A stretch of DNA of 63,968 nucleotides, counting the filler, from Octopus bimaculoides (lineage: Eukaryota): NCBI RefSeq assembly GCF_001194135.2. It is 5 parts of 5 records of this genome, joined end to end, with 100 filler letters (N's around TTAATTAATTAA, not from the genome) between each part and the next. Parts side by side here need not be neighbours in the genome. Positions count along the whole stretch, not along the records: positions 1 to 12,504 come from NC_068983.1; positions 12,605 to 18,907 come from NC_068996.1; 3 more parts are not named here. One strand, 5' to 3'. Positions 1 to 12,605 of this stretch are shown piece by piece. How positions within the stretch are numbered: the first letter of the stretch is position 1; every line of letters begins with the position of its first letter. The position numbers were made by a program, and so were the translations under genes. The notes beneath the pieces were generated by a model, which did not search any database, was not told the origin of the DNA, and saw nothing but the letters and a program-made list of their open reading frames with translations.

Positions 1-592
1 TATATTCACAGACACGACAGAACTGGGACCTATATACACTGGAAGCTATGCTAACACTATGGAATAACAACAGAAAAAAGATGGTATAAACACACGCCAG
101 AAAAGGTCACAGAAAACGAGAAAGCAACCATACTCTGGGATATGCCAATACACACAGATAGAGAAATTAAGGCAAATAGACCAGATATAGTTGTCAAAGA
201 TTATGAAGAAAAAAATGCTTTCTAATTGATGTATCAATACCAGCAGATGACAACGTCTCTCTAAAATAAATGGAAAAAGTTTCAAAATACAAAGACCTGG
301 AAATAGAGGTAACTCGAATGTGGAATCTAAACCACAAACAATTCCTATTTTTGTAGGTGCTTTATGTATAATAAAAAATATTCAGACAAATACATAACAA
401 AAACACCAGGACTTACACATATATATAACATACAAAAAATTGCACTACTAGGCGCAGCACACATCCTACGCAAAACACATTCAATACAGTAACCATAAGA
501 GCACCACAGCAAACCACAGCACATACCCAAGGCGCACAGAGCTGCGCTCGGTAGTGAAGTGAAAGCACGTTATAAAAATAAAACCACTGAAC
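1..592 (+). mobile_element. R4/Dong-like non-LTR retrotransposon 3' end (RLE domain, pseudogenised)
   Basis: RHDRTGTYIHWKLC*...ILWDMPIHTDREIKANRPDIVVKD...IDVSIP...KYKDLEIEVTRMW...QKIALLGAAHILRK contains the PD..D RLE motif, with stops and frameshifts; followed by an (AAT)n tail. Confidence 0.85.
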
Positions 593-651
<59 letters not shown>

Positions 652-3600
652 TAATAACAACAACAATAATAATAATAACAACAACAACAACAACAACAAT
701 AATAATAATTTCTCCGATAGACACAAGACTTGAAAATTTACGAGAAGGAAGAAGTCGGTTTCATTGACCCCAGTGCTTAGCTGGTACTTATTTCATCGAC
801 TCCGTTAGATTGAATCCAAAGTCAACATCGGTGGAACAATATTTCAGTACGTAAAGACGGACGAAATGTCCCAAAATTTTTTTGTGCCATTGTGCTAACG
901 ATTCTGCCAGCGCTCCGCAGTAATAATAGTAACAACAACAATAATGCAGGTCCAGAAACTACTAGAAGAGAGAATAAAACTATCTTCAATGTTTTAAGAT
1001 GCTTAGTCAGATTGAAATAAATGATATTTTTTCCTTTTAAATTATACTCTTCAGGCAATGAATCCTTGGGAATTGGCATCTAAGATGTCCATTTAGTGGT
1101 TATAAACAACAGAGGAAAAAATAGTCTTCAAAGTGGTTGGAATTGAGACAAAAATGTCGAAGATGAAGTCAAGAAACCAAAAAACCGGTGTCACTCTGTC
1201 GCCAAAGCTGCAGATGTGTTTTGATGCGAACTTAAAAAAAAAAAGATTATAGAGAAACTTAGAGTGTGTATAAGATCCAAGATTCCTTATAAAGTGCTTT
1301 TATTTCATTGTACGGCAATACAGACCAAGCACACATGGCTCGGGCGTTACAAAAATAATTTAGTTAAAGCATTGAAAAATCTAGTTTTACTTCAGAACGT
1401 GTCACTGCCCTTAAGCATTCAGTAATACTTCACTCTTGTTTGGTCAATGATAATTAACACTAGTATATTTATTGGCAAGTCCCATTTATAGTATAACGTC
1501 CGTCTGAAGCTTCGACAGAATCATTAATAATATTGTTCTACACAACCATGAAACTTACCTCTACACTTAGATGCATTGGAGGATGTGTCAAAAGTCATCA
1601 AGTTGGAGCAGCCGAAGTGAACTAGATGCATAAACACATATTTACTGCGTCCATGAATAATATTCAGCGTCAATCAAAATTAATATTTATGAAGTCTGTC
1701 TTCGAACGTAGTCACAACAATTAAGTGAACTGTTCAATTACGCCCAGTTATAAGGCTTAATCAGGGTTAGATGTCATATATAGGATAACTCCAGGCCGTT
1801 TCCATTCCTTTTTTTATCTATTTACCATATCCTTCTGCCGATATATCAGTCTCTATGTCTCTCTGACTTTCTGCATGCCTGTCTACCTATATATGTTGTT
1901 CTAACGCTCACATGCATATCTGCATGCAAATGGTGTCAATTTGCATACATGTATGCGTATGGAATACGCATTAAAACACGCATTCAATATATTTACTGAG
2001 CGCTCATCTTTTTACTTGAATTTATATTTAAAAAACTTGAAATTTTTCTCTATGATATTGCTTTCAGTTGAAACACAATTTCTATACTTTTGTATTTTAA
2101 CTGGCATATCAGTTGATATAGTCAGGGTGTTGTACAGCGATCACTTGCACATCTGTCGTTTGGCTCATAGGTACAGGTAATTTTGATTTGAAGGAGGGAG
2201 TGTGCTAATGTACAGTACGAACAGTTGATCATCTGCACAGGTTGTACAGCAAGGAATTGCAGAATCGTCTTTCTGTCTGGAGAGGCTATACTTTTGCGTT
2301 GCACTCATGGTATATTCCTTCAAACACATATATTGCACCAGTCTGCAACTCGAATTACTTGTGTACTTCTGATTATACGCGCGAATACTGTAACTTTTCT
2401 TATAGGAAAACGTATTGTATTAGCCAATCACGTATATTTCATAAATTTAATAGAGGTTTCTCTAATTATACTAATATGATGTACATTTGTTGTCTTATAC
2501 GCACAAATCTATACATTACCATTTATATGTAGACATTTTATACATATTCAAACATACATATTGCATACATTTATTACGCGTTCATCAGGATTTGCTAAAT
2601 TGTTATTCCCCAATAGATTGGATAATAACTAGCCTTACAAAGTGACACCACTAACAAATCACCGTTCAGATTTGACATCGTGATTTACATTCGTAACAGT
2701 TATACATTATAAATGTTTGTTACTGCTCTATTCGCACTGTTCTTTGTTTTTAGCAGCCGTCTCGCTTTCATTTTCAATTGCAATTTAGCTTTCTGCATAT
2801 AAATTATTCAATGCACCATGCGATTTAACCTGCAATCATTCATACAAGTGTGATGCTCTTCATTTCAAGATAGAAACAAAAATTAGTATGTTATGATGAC
2901 AAATAGCAATTGTTGAACTTTGTCGTCCCTTTGTCAGTCTTTCTACTGATGGTATTCGTCTGATCTTCTAAACTTTATGCTAACCCTCATATAAATCTAA
3001 TCAAAATGATCAGGTTTCGTTTGTGTAACACGCTCGCTTTCTCTAATTTTCAATTCAAATTATGCATTTGCCATGGCAAAATTTCGATGCATGTATAACT
3101 TCTCTCTAAACACATGGAAGTAGCCATGAATCCCCTCTGTTATTAATGGAATTCATTATCTTCATTTTTTTAATGCCCTCATATTCAATACTGGTACGAA
3201 GGGCATCCATGTGCAATGTGTCATGTATCTAATTTCATACCATATTGACTCATATACCAGCTAAACGCATTTCTATTCTCATCTACTAATTCATTCAATA
3301 TCATGCTAAACATTACTCCACCCTTGATATTCAGATGTTTCTAGCACACTAAATTTTTTCCAGCATGCATTGTATATTACTCAGTAGAACGTGCAATTAA
3401 TGTTTCCTGCACTCAAACCTCAACGTCTTCATTTCCTCTTTTTCCCTTTCTCATGTATTAAATCCTTGTAAGATAAAGAGTCCAATTCAGAAAAGGAGTA
3501 TAAAACTGAGACTATATCAGCAATATCTGAATTAAGTATTTACAAAGGATTGTCAACTAAGTATAAGTATTACTACCTCTTCTATATCCTGCCCCACGTT

Positions 3601-4159
3601 GGTATAGATACATTATGCAATCGGAGGTTTAATCAATGTGTTCACATGACATACTTCGCGAGACTACCAAAACGCTCTTATTCTTTTTGTTGGCCACACA
3701 GGGTCTAACACAGAGTGGACAGCTCATGATGGGGACAGAAAAAACAAGATGAAAAGGATGACTTAGATAAAATGATAAATGGAATTAAGTCGTTTGGGCC
3801 CAACTTCAAGCGACTTCATTGAACCAGTTAATACAACTTGATTTTTAAAACTTTATTTGTGACAGTTTAAAACCTTATTTATAAATGTTAACTTTCATCA
3901 TTCCGAAGAATGTTTATGTAAAATTCCTCTCAAAGTTCAAAATAGCTTAACCTTTTCTGGTATTGTGCTGGTGTCCATTTTCTTGACCCGCCACTCATAG
4001 TCCTTCTCATAATCTTGTACTCTCGAAACATATTATGGGTCTACCACCGCACAATGAATGTACTCGGGCAACCCCTAACTTCTGTTATATTCACTTTTAT
4101 CGCTCTGTACCACGAATCTATCTCATTATAAAGCTTTTCATTTTATCCGTTGTACAGTG

Positions 4160-5210
4160 TTACATATTTTTTTCTCGGAGGGCAAGGGTGGGGAAGTCAG
4201 GGGTTCCTGTGTGCTTGTGCTTGTCTGTGTGTCGGGTGGGGCATGGACAGAGTTGGTGTCTGTAGAGGGAGGTTGGGGGTAGAGTGGGTATGAGTGAGAG
4301 TTGGGTGGGTGTGGGATGGGGGTTTTCGTTTACAAAGTGTGCTTTTTTCCTTCTCTTCTTTTTTCCAGCCATTTCCTTTCCGTTCTTTTCTTCGTTCACC
4401 TCCTCTTCCTCGGCGATTTCTTCCTGCTCTCGGGTTTCTCTGCAGTCTTCGTGGGTGGCGGAGGACAGTCTGCTCTAATGTGGCCTTTCAGGCCACATTT
4501 ATTACATCGCGGGATCCTGCCTTCTATTCCGACCCTGAATGTCACCTCTTCGACCGTAATGGTCTCGACCATGTTTGCAAGGTCTTCTGGGGGCCGCCTG
4601 GATTATCTTATTTAGACTCTACCCTTGCCAGTTCGTAAGGGGCGTTTTCGTGGCCTGGAGGACCACTACCTTCCCTTCCGTGCCCATCAGTATGGCAGCT
4701 GCTATCCAGGCTACATCGGGTTCTGGGAGTATATTTTCTACCCTAACCATGCAAGCACGTCTGCCAAGGTATATGGGTAGAAACACCACTTCATCCGTTT
4801 TTAAGTGTATTGCTGAGTGTAGCCTTGCAGTAGCTACCTCCCGGAACTGCGCCTCCACCATTCCAAACTTTCTTTCTCTGGCAAGGTAAGAAAACCCTTG
4901 TCAGATTGGTTTTAATGCCTTTTCAATTTGAGCAGTTGACGTGGTTTCAATTTTCCTTTTCGTTGCTGAGTAAGTCCTGTAAATAATATTTTTTTCTTTT
5001 AAAATTTCCTTCAGGGGTCACTTTTACGTCATTCCCTTCCCTTTTAAGCATTTCTTTAAATTTACTCAACTTCTCCACACACACATTTTCTCTTTCACCA
5101 CCACTGCATAATTCCTCATCTCCATTGATTTCTTTATTCTCTTCAGACTTTTAACCAGCTCTTCCTCAGACGACGTAAAATCTGAAAAATATCTCTAACG
5201 TAGGTATTCC
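4160..5210 (-). mobile_element. Tx1/L1-clade ORF1 (gag-like zinc knuckle), degraded
   Basis: VETITVEEVTFRVGIEGRIPRCNKCGLKGHIRADCP contains CX2CX4HX4C, followed by an acidic/basic low-complexity tail; frameshifts and stops upstream. Confidence 0.7.
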
Positions 5211-5579
5211 ATTGCGAAAGCACGAATCTACGAAACTCCTCCATCAAAAAAGAGGGAAGACATCGAACAATACCGCTCACTTTCTAGTCTCTTCCGCCAC
5301 TCGTTATCTTTGCTTAATCTAATTTGCAATTGATATAAATAAAGACAAAACTGATTTAACAGTATGTCACTCGGTTTATTAGTAACAACACGCTCATCTT
5401 AACAGTGTAAGCACCGACTCGCAGAAAGGTGCATTTATTTGTTTATCCCTTCACTCACTTTTATAGCAGCTTCTGTTTCTTAGAAAATAGATAAGTGCGT
5501 ACATCCTGTATGCTACTTCAGCTGTAACAATTGGTTTTCCCATATTCTTAGATACATCAACACACAAATACAATTTTGT

Positions 5580-5927
5580 TGGCACTCTGTCGCTTACGGC
5601 ATCGAGGGTTCCAGTTGATCCGATCAACGGAACAGCCTGCTCGTGAAATTAACATGCAAGTGGCTGAGCACTCGAGAGACACGTGTACACAGTGTGGCAA
5701 GGCTAACCCTTTGAATTACAGGTACAACAGAAACAACAGGAAGTAAGAGTGAGAGAAAGTTGTGGTGAAAGAGTACAGCAGGGTTCGCCACCATCCCCTG
5801 CCGGAGCCTCGTAGAACTTTTAGGTGTCTTCGCTCAATAAACACTCACAATGCCAGGTCTGGGAATCGAAACCGCGATCCTATGACCGCGAATCCGCTGC
5901 CCTAACCACTGGGCCATTGCGCCTCCA
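5580..5927 (-). mobile_element. tRNA-derived SINE family B
   Basis: Minus-strand head TGGAGGCGCAATGGCCCAGTGGTTAGGGCAGCGG...GGTTTCGATTCCCAGACC. Related copies or segments at about 33740-34050, 35591-35952, 35960-36215, 36385-36700 and 58260-58553. Confidence 0.8.
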
Positions 5928-7167
5928 CACATGCATACAAACGCGTTTGGTTAATATCAAGACTATCGCTTTCACCGGTTTTATGCAACGTACACAGATC
6001 CTGTGTGACAACAATCAAGCCCATCTGTTACGAATACTCTAATCGGCAGCATCCTTCAATCACCACCAGTTTCGACACCATCAAATGGTCCTGGAGTTCC
6101 TTTAGTGGAGTTCACACTGTTACTATCGATCGGGACAATCCCAGATTTAAGGATGAATATTCCACTTTGTACGAACAGTTCGGAGGCCCTAAGAAATAAC
6201 ATGCCTTCAACTTGTTCTCCACTTACTAATCACTAGCAAATATACGGCACAATTACTAGTTTATTTAATGCTCTCAGTGACCCAAATATTGACCAAGAGT
6301 CTCACCTTGTTGTTGATCTCCATATCTCAGGAACTTTTCCCTTTGGATCCTTTCAAAGTAACGCGACTTACTTCATGACCAATATTTATATTCGCAAATA
6401 TGCGCAATAAGCGAATAAGCGAAAGACAAATATGCGCAAAAAGCAATAAGCGAATTGCAAATTCACACTCAATCACTTTACTTCGTTGATATATGAATGA
6501 AATAACACTCACTGGTATACGAAAGGAAGACATCTCTTAATTACGTATAACGTCAGGATAGCCATAGGTATTGCGAATATGTATGTACTATATATGCCAA
6601 ACACCAACTGCTATATATTATATACCGAATACAAAATGTGATATGTTATTAAATCTGTCCGTATGTGCTTTTTTGTCCAGTTTTTAGAATCTTGTTTCTT
6701 AATATGTTTTTCGTGTGTATATATATGTACTCATAGTTTGTGTTTATCGTGTGTATGTTTTGTGTGTGTGTGGGGGGGGGTCGCGATTAGCGTTCGTTGA
6801 CTGTCTCCAAATAGTTTTAATTGAACATATAAATTTTAGTGATTTCATAAAAATGCCTATTGACACCGGTTCATATCTCTTATACTTATCTATTCATCAT
6901 GAAAAATTGATATACACTTAACAGAAATTAATTGAAGAAGATGTGGATATACCACAGTGACACCAGATATAAGTTTCTTCAGAAAATTACAGACGAAACT
7001 AACTCTAGCATTAACTTTGTTTGGAAGGGTATATAATGTTAGCTAAATTCTCCATTTACTTAAAGATATAGCACGTGTGGTATATCTGATCTAAATCTAA
7101 GTAATGACCGTTGACTGGATACTGTTCAATTTTTTTTTTCTCCGTGTTTTTCTCCTTGTCTCCGTAT

Positions 7168-7204
7168 TCTTTCTGTTGAAGAGCGTAGCTCGAAACGTCA
7201 AAGA
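7168..7204 (+). ncRNA. Hammerhead-like motif with variant core CUGUUGA
   Basis: TCTTT-CTGTTGA-A-GAGC(gta)GCTC-GAA-ACGT-C-AAAGA: stems I, II and III and a GUC site are present, but core A6 is U. Confidence 0.45.
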
Positions 7205-9582
7205 CTTTTCGTATTCCCGAGCGTCATATTAATACATCCTTTTATTATTTACACCACCTGTCCTCGTCTGTTGTTGTTTTTCGTATATTCTCCCATATAT
7301 ATATATATATANNNNNNNNNNNNNNNNNNNNNNNNNNNNNNNNNNNNNNNNNNNNNNNNNNNNNNNNNNNNNNNNNNNNNNNNNNNNNNNNNNNNNNNNN
7401 NNNNNNNNNNNNNNNNNNNNNNNNNNNNNNNNNNNNNNNNNNNNNNNNNNNNNNNNNNNNNNNNNNNNNNNNNNNNNNNNNNNNNNNNNNNNNNNNNNNN
7501 NNNNNNNNNNNNNNNNNNNNNNNNNNNNNNNNNNNNNNNNNNNNNNNNNNNNNNNNNNNNNNNNNNNNNNNNNNNNNNNNNNNNNNNNNNNNNNNNNNNN
7601 NNNNNNNNNNNNNNNNNNNNNNNNNNTATATATATATATATATATATGGCGGGTTTCTTTCAGTTTCCGTCTACCAAATCCACTTACAAGGATTTGGTTT
7701 GCCCGAGGCTACAGTAGAAGACACTTGCTGAAGATGCCACGCATACTGGCACAGAATTTTTTTTCTTTTGCCCTTATTTATAATTGTTTATAATTCTCAC
7801 CTTAAAATGTATTTTATTATGCTGGCCACTGATGACGTTTTGGGGAAAAAAATTTCCCTGATATATATACATAGACATACACCCATAAATACACACACCT
7901 ATATATAGACATACGTACATATAAAAGGCACACACACGCTCGCGCACTTACATTTCGTACATACGTATACAGCTTTAATAGTAATAATTTCTGATTCACA
8001 CATAGAACTAACAACTTTGAGGGAGCTGTGTTAGCTGACACATCGATTGGCACTTCTTTATTTTATTGATATCAAACGCATGAAATGCAAAGTTGACGTT
8101 GTCCCGATTTGAGATCAGAACGTAGAGAAAGAGAGAGGAAGAAACGCATCATAATTTTTCTTATTATTTACCAATTATGCAACAGCTGTATGAAATGCAT
8201 CACAAATAATGCCATTGTAGATCATGACACTGAAATTACAATTCTCTAATGAAATTTTAACAGATGATATCAGTAGTAATAATACGTTTCATCTCAAATG
8301 CAAGGCAAAACTGAAATATATAGAAAATTTGAGGAAATAGTTGACGATAAATACTTTGAATTGTATTAATAAACAAACTTAGTTTTATACAAAGTTATCT
8401 TGCTAAATGATGCTACTTTTATTCTTTAAAAAACGGACTTTTAATGTCACAAACGAGTAAACTGAGATGGCTACTCCTGAGATTACAAAAAATATATTGT
8501 ACATCTGAATGTGGTAATAAATAATTTCGTAATGTAAATCATATATTAAATCCTATACCTTACATCATTGCCTGTATCAAGCTTTGTAAGATAAATCATA
8601 TAGACAAAACATAATTTTGGGGAAAACCATAAAATGTCATTTTACAGTAGTTTTTTAATGTTTTGGTTTATGGTATGCTATATATCAAAGTGAATATATT
8701 TTCAAATTGATTTGAAAGTGTGATAACATGGTGGCATTTCGTGATTATTTGATGAAAAACTACAACATAAACAACATATATTATACATTAATGTTCTTAA
8801 AAAATTTCAAATGAATACAATATACGGCATGTTTATAAATTTCGCCTATCTGTAATAGTGATAATTTAATTATGTCTAACTTTAAACAGACTTTTTTCAC
8901 TTAGACACTATATCCAATTTATTCATTCAATGTAGAAAAAGTAGCGATCTGATAGAATAGTTACCGCTCCTGAAAAATTGCTTAGCGGTATTTCTGCCAC
9001 CTTTATGTCCTTAGTTCAAATGCCATCGGGGCCGATTTTTTCTCTCATCAATCGTGGTCGATAAGATAAATACCAGCTGAACACTGGGGACTAATGAAAT
9101 CGACTTAACCCATGCCCCGAAAGTTCTGATCCTGTCTCAAAATTTAAAACCAATACTGCTAATATTTTGGTTGAGAGTTTCCTTTCACAACATTGGTGGC
9201 GCTTTGAAGAGGTGATATTCTATGGTGAAGATGTATTTTAGTTGATCCGATGTATGTGGCTGTACAAGAATAGGTCAGCTGGTATGCGTGTGTATGTGTG
9301 TTTGTGCGTATGTGCGGATGTGTGCGCGCGTGTGTGTGGGAGTGTGTGTGTGTGCGCGCGTGTGTGTGAGTGTGTGTGTGCGACACGGGCTCTTGTACGT
9401 TTGGTTTGGTCTAGATTATCAACAGAATCTCGAGCACCAATCATTTATCAATTTGTTGTGAAGTTTACCCTTGTAAAGAGAATTACGTATACATAACTAC
9501 ATATAAACGAGTAATTATATGGCGAGTACATATGCTTACACACATACACCCACACACACACACACATATATATATGATTACT

Positions 9583-9688
9583 ATTCGTTGGTAATCTGAG
9601 CTTCAAGCGTGATGCTAATCTTCAGCTATTTAAAATTCAAATTGGTTGAAGATTAGCATTACATTTGAAACTCAGAGTACCAACGAAT
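9583..9688. repeat. About 106-bp imperfect palindrome (about 50-bp arms, short loop)
   Basis: ATTCGTTGGTAATCTGAGCTTCAAGCGTGATGCTAATCTTCAGC... pairs with ...GTTGAAGATTAGCATTACATTTGAAACTCAGAGTACCAACGAAT. Confidence 0.8.
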
Positions 9689-9776
9689 TGGAGTCAAACT
9701 GTTGTGATCCATACATGTAACTCTCAATAAATGTGTTGATTGCCCTTCTTCCTTTTGCCCACTCACTCATATATGC

Positions 9777-9811
<35 letters not shown>

Positions 9812-9819
9812 TACTACTG

Positions 9820-9854
<35 letters not shown>

Positions 9855-9913
9855 GATGATGATGATGGTGGTGATGATAATGATGATGATGATGACGAGG
9901 AGGATGATGGTGG

Positions 9914-9948
<35 letters not shown>

Positions 9949-11343
9949 CTGATGATGATGATGATGATAAAAAGTGAGAAGAAAAGAACCAGACTTCGGT
10001 AATAGGTAAATAGCGGATTATTTATATATGTATAATTTAGGACAATAAGTAAATTGTCATAATTGTACTCTTTGTGGCTACGTTTGTCTCGTTAGAAAAT
10101 GCATTTTGCTATTGAAATATTTTTTTTTCTTTTGAGATGTGTGAATATTTTGCAGGCATTTTGAGTTCAATACATCCCTTTGCACATATTTAAATATGAA
10201 TATCTTTCAGCGTTCCATTTATTCGAATAATATGAAATGCACATTAAAACAGGAATAGGTGTTAAATGATCAGACATTAGGAAACACATAAAGTGACGAA
10301 AAGTGTATTAAAAGTTACAGAAAAGAAGACCGTCAATAAAAGAAATAGGAAGCAGGTCAGACGTTTGGGTGTTTGAGAAATATATCATTTACCACAGAAA
10401 TTGTAATAGATATTAGGGAAGTGATACATGTTTGTAATTGACCTTGTTATTGAATATTTCTATTTCATTATGAGTATCCGTAAATGTAGATTGGGGAAGT
10501 TACGAAATGCATTAGCAAGTATTAAATGAATTCAAAAGTACTTTTCTGATATTGGAGAAAACTGTATGGATGGATAGAATGCATTAGAAATTTTATAATA
10601 TTGCCGATCGGATATGCCATAATAATTTTAAGTGGGAGACGAAATTGCATTAGAGCAATTTTCAAAGTTTTATAATAGGTAATGATCAGCTGCCATATGT
10701 AATATTTATGTGATATCTTATGCACGTAAGACATGGAGTTTCAGATAAGCTTGTTAGCGTATATACTGTTGTGACAGCATGGGTTAGTAGCGTATATGCT
10801 GATGTGACAGCAGGGGTTAGTAGAAAGATATAACAAATAAAATTATTGAACATTACAACATATTAATCACAGATGTACGTTACAAATATAAGTTTCTAAA
10901 TATTTAGGTGAATATAAGCGACTGACATATGTGAACTTTTGACAGCCAATATATTATTACCAATTCTTGCTTTAATACGATAGTCTGAAATGTTTTGTAT
11001 GCTGTAATAACATTCCATGCGTAATCGAATAAATAAACAGTTAAAATTAAATCAGCAAGTGTGTAAGTGTACACGTGTGTCTATGTGCTTTACAATTTAG
11101 GCTCAAGGACAGCAATTCCGAGTGGGTGCGTGTTGTACTTTTAGTTTTACGATTTTCATTCCTGGTTTTCATTGGAAATTTCTCTCAAATATGAGGCTTT
11201 CATATCTTCATTAATATTTACATATCTCTAAATACTTATATCACTAACAGACTTTCGTTCAAAATTTTAACAATGACTTTACATATTTTAAATATACATA
11301 TTTCAATGAAAGATCATTTCTATTGTCACATATGCACGTGTAT

Positions 11344-11381
<38 letters not shown>

Positions 11382-11401
11382 ACACGCACACACATGCGCA
11401 T

Positions 11402-12160
11402 ATAGTAGCGATCAAAATAAGAGAACGATTAATATTTTTATAATGTCGGAAAAGCTAGTGGAGGTACTAATTAGTAATAGATTTCGTAAAGAAGTTTAAC
11501 CGTTAGCTAAATTCTCTGAAAAATCTAAGTTTGAACAATTGTCTTCATAAAAGTTAATAACACTAACACTAGTTGCGTCCAAATGTCTTATGTGCAAAAT
11601 GCGAGAACGATCAGACCAACAAATGCTTCAATTAAATCAAAACCATAATAATGATTGATAGAAATGTAAATATGAACTTAATACAGTTAGTATGATATTT
11701 GTAGACCGTTGTTGGAGAACTTTGCTGCAGATCATCGAATGCCACAGGTCACTACAAATTTCCTGCAAAAGTCAGGTTTTACTTTCTTCCATTCCTCTTC
11801 TGAAATCTCCCATAAATTCGTAGTAGTAGTTTGTGTTACTTTGTCTCCAAGTATTTTCCAAAGGTTTTCAATTGGTTTAATTCTGGAATTTCTGCTGGCC
11901 CCTTCATTGCTTGGATGTTTTTTTTTTCCCTAAAGAATCCAGCGACACGCTCTGCATTATGACAAAGGGCGTTATCTTGCATGAAAATGCACTCTTGATT
12001 CGAAAATGTTTGTAATGATAGGATCAGATGCTGTTCAACCAAATTCAAATAGATGTTGGAATTTATATTCCCTTTAATCTGCACTAGAGGGCAAACTCCT
12101 TCAGAAGAAATCATTCCGTACACCATAACGCTTCCTCCTCCAAAATTGGCAAATTTCTTC
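11402..12160 (-). mobile_element. Tc1-like DDE transposase relic (3' half)
   Basis: GGGSVMVYGMISSEGVCPL...CIFMQDNALCH...LN(P)IENLW with a frameshift; a TIR-like end TATAGTAGCGATCAAAA near 11402. Confidence 0.75.
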
Positions 12161-12305
12161 AAGCAGTGCTGTTTTATGCAATGGCTCCACCCTTATTGCA
12201 GCCCCTATTTGTCCCATGTACTTCTCAAAATGTTTACATATTGTTCCCAGAACTCCGACAATTATTGGTACTACTACCGCCTTTTTCATCGACCACAACT
12301 GCTTA
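12160..12305 (-). mobile_element. R4/Dong-like RLE C-terminal fragment
   Basis: QLWSMKKAVVVPIIVGVLGTICKHFEKYMGQIGAAIRVEPLHKTALL, same family as 14493-14705; abuts (CTA)n/(TTA)n and interrupts a Tc1 relic. Confidence 0.75.
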
Positions 12306-12310
12306 CTACA

Positions 12311-12380
<70 letters not shown>

Positions 12381-12396
12381 TTATTATTATTATTAG

Positions 12397-12504
12397 TCAA
12401 AACGAAGAGCGCGATTTTAGATGTTTTATTTTTTGAACAACATTTCGACAGAACGTCTGTCTTTCTGAAGTTCAAACCAAAAGGTGATTGAAAATTCAAA
12501 ATTT
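12397..12504 (-). mobile_element. Penelope-like terminal (pseudo-LTR) fragment
   Basis: Clearly homologous to about 18375-18490 (ACGAAGAGCGCGATT...TTCGACAG.ACGTCTGTCTTT...GAAAATTCAAAATTT). Confidence 0.6.
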
Positions 12505-12605
12505 NNNNNNNNNNNNNNNNNNNNNNNNNNNNNNNNNNNNNNNNNNNNTTAATTAATTAANNNNNNNNNNNNNNNNNNNNNNNNNNNNNNNNNNNNNNNN
12601 NNNNG
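12505..12605. other. Assembly gap with TTAATTAATTAA spacer (also at 18952, 25230 and 49816)
   Basis: An identical all-frame-stop 12-mer centred in N-runs; a scaffolding artefact. Confidence 0.9.

Noticed and set aside
1559-2310. Exon-like segments (1559-1623 minus; 2113-2177 and 2250-2310 plus) with plausible splice signals
   Set aside because: The short peptides show no recognisable homology and such signals are common by chance; RNA-seq would be needed.
5840-5927. tRNA-like sequences at SINE heads as true tRNA genes
   Set aside because: They continue into shared SINE bodies and I could not build a complete cloverleaf.
12549-12560. TTAATTAATTAA repeated inside N-runs (also 18952, 25230, 49816)
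   Set aside because: Assembly gap marker, not biology.
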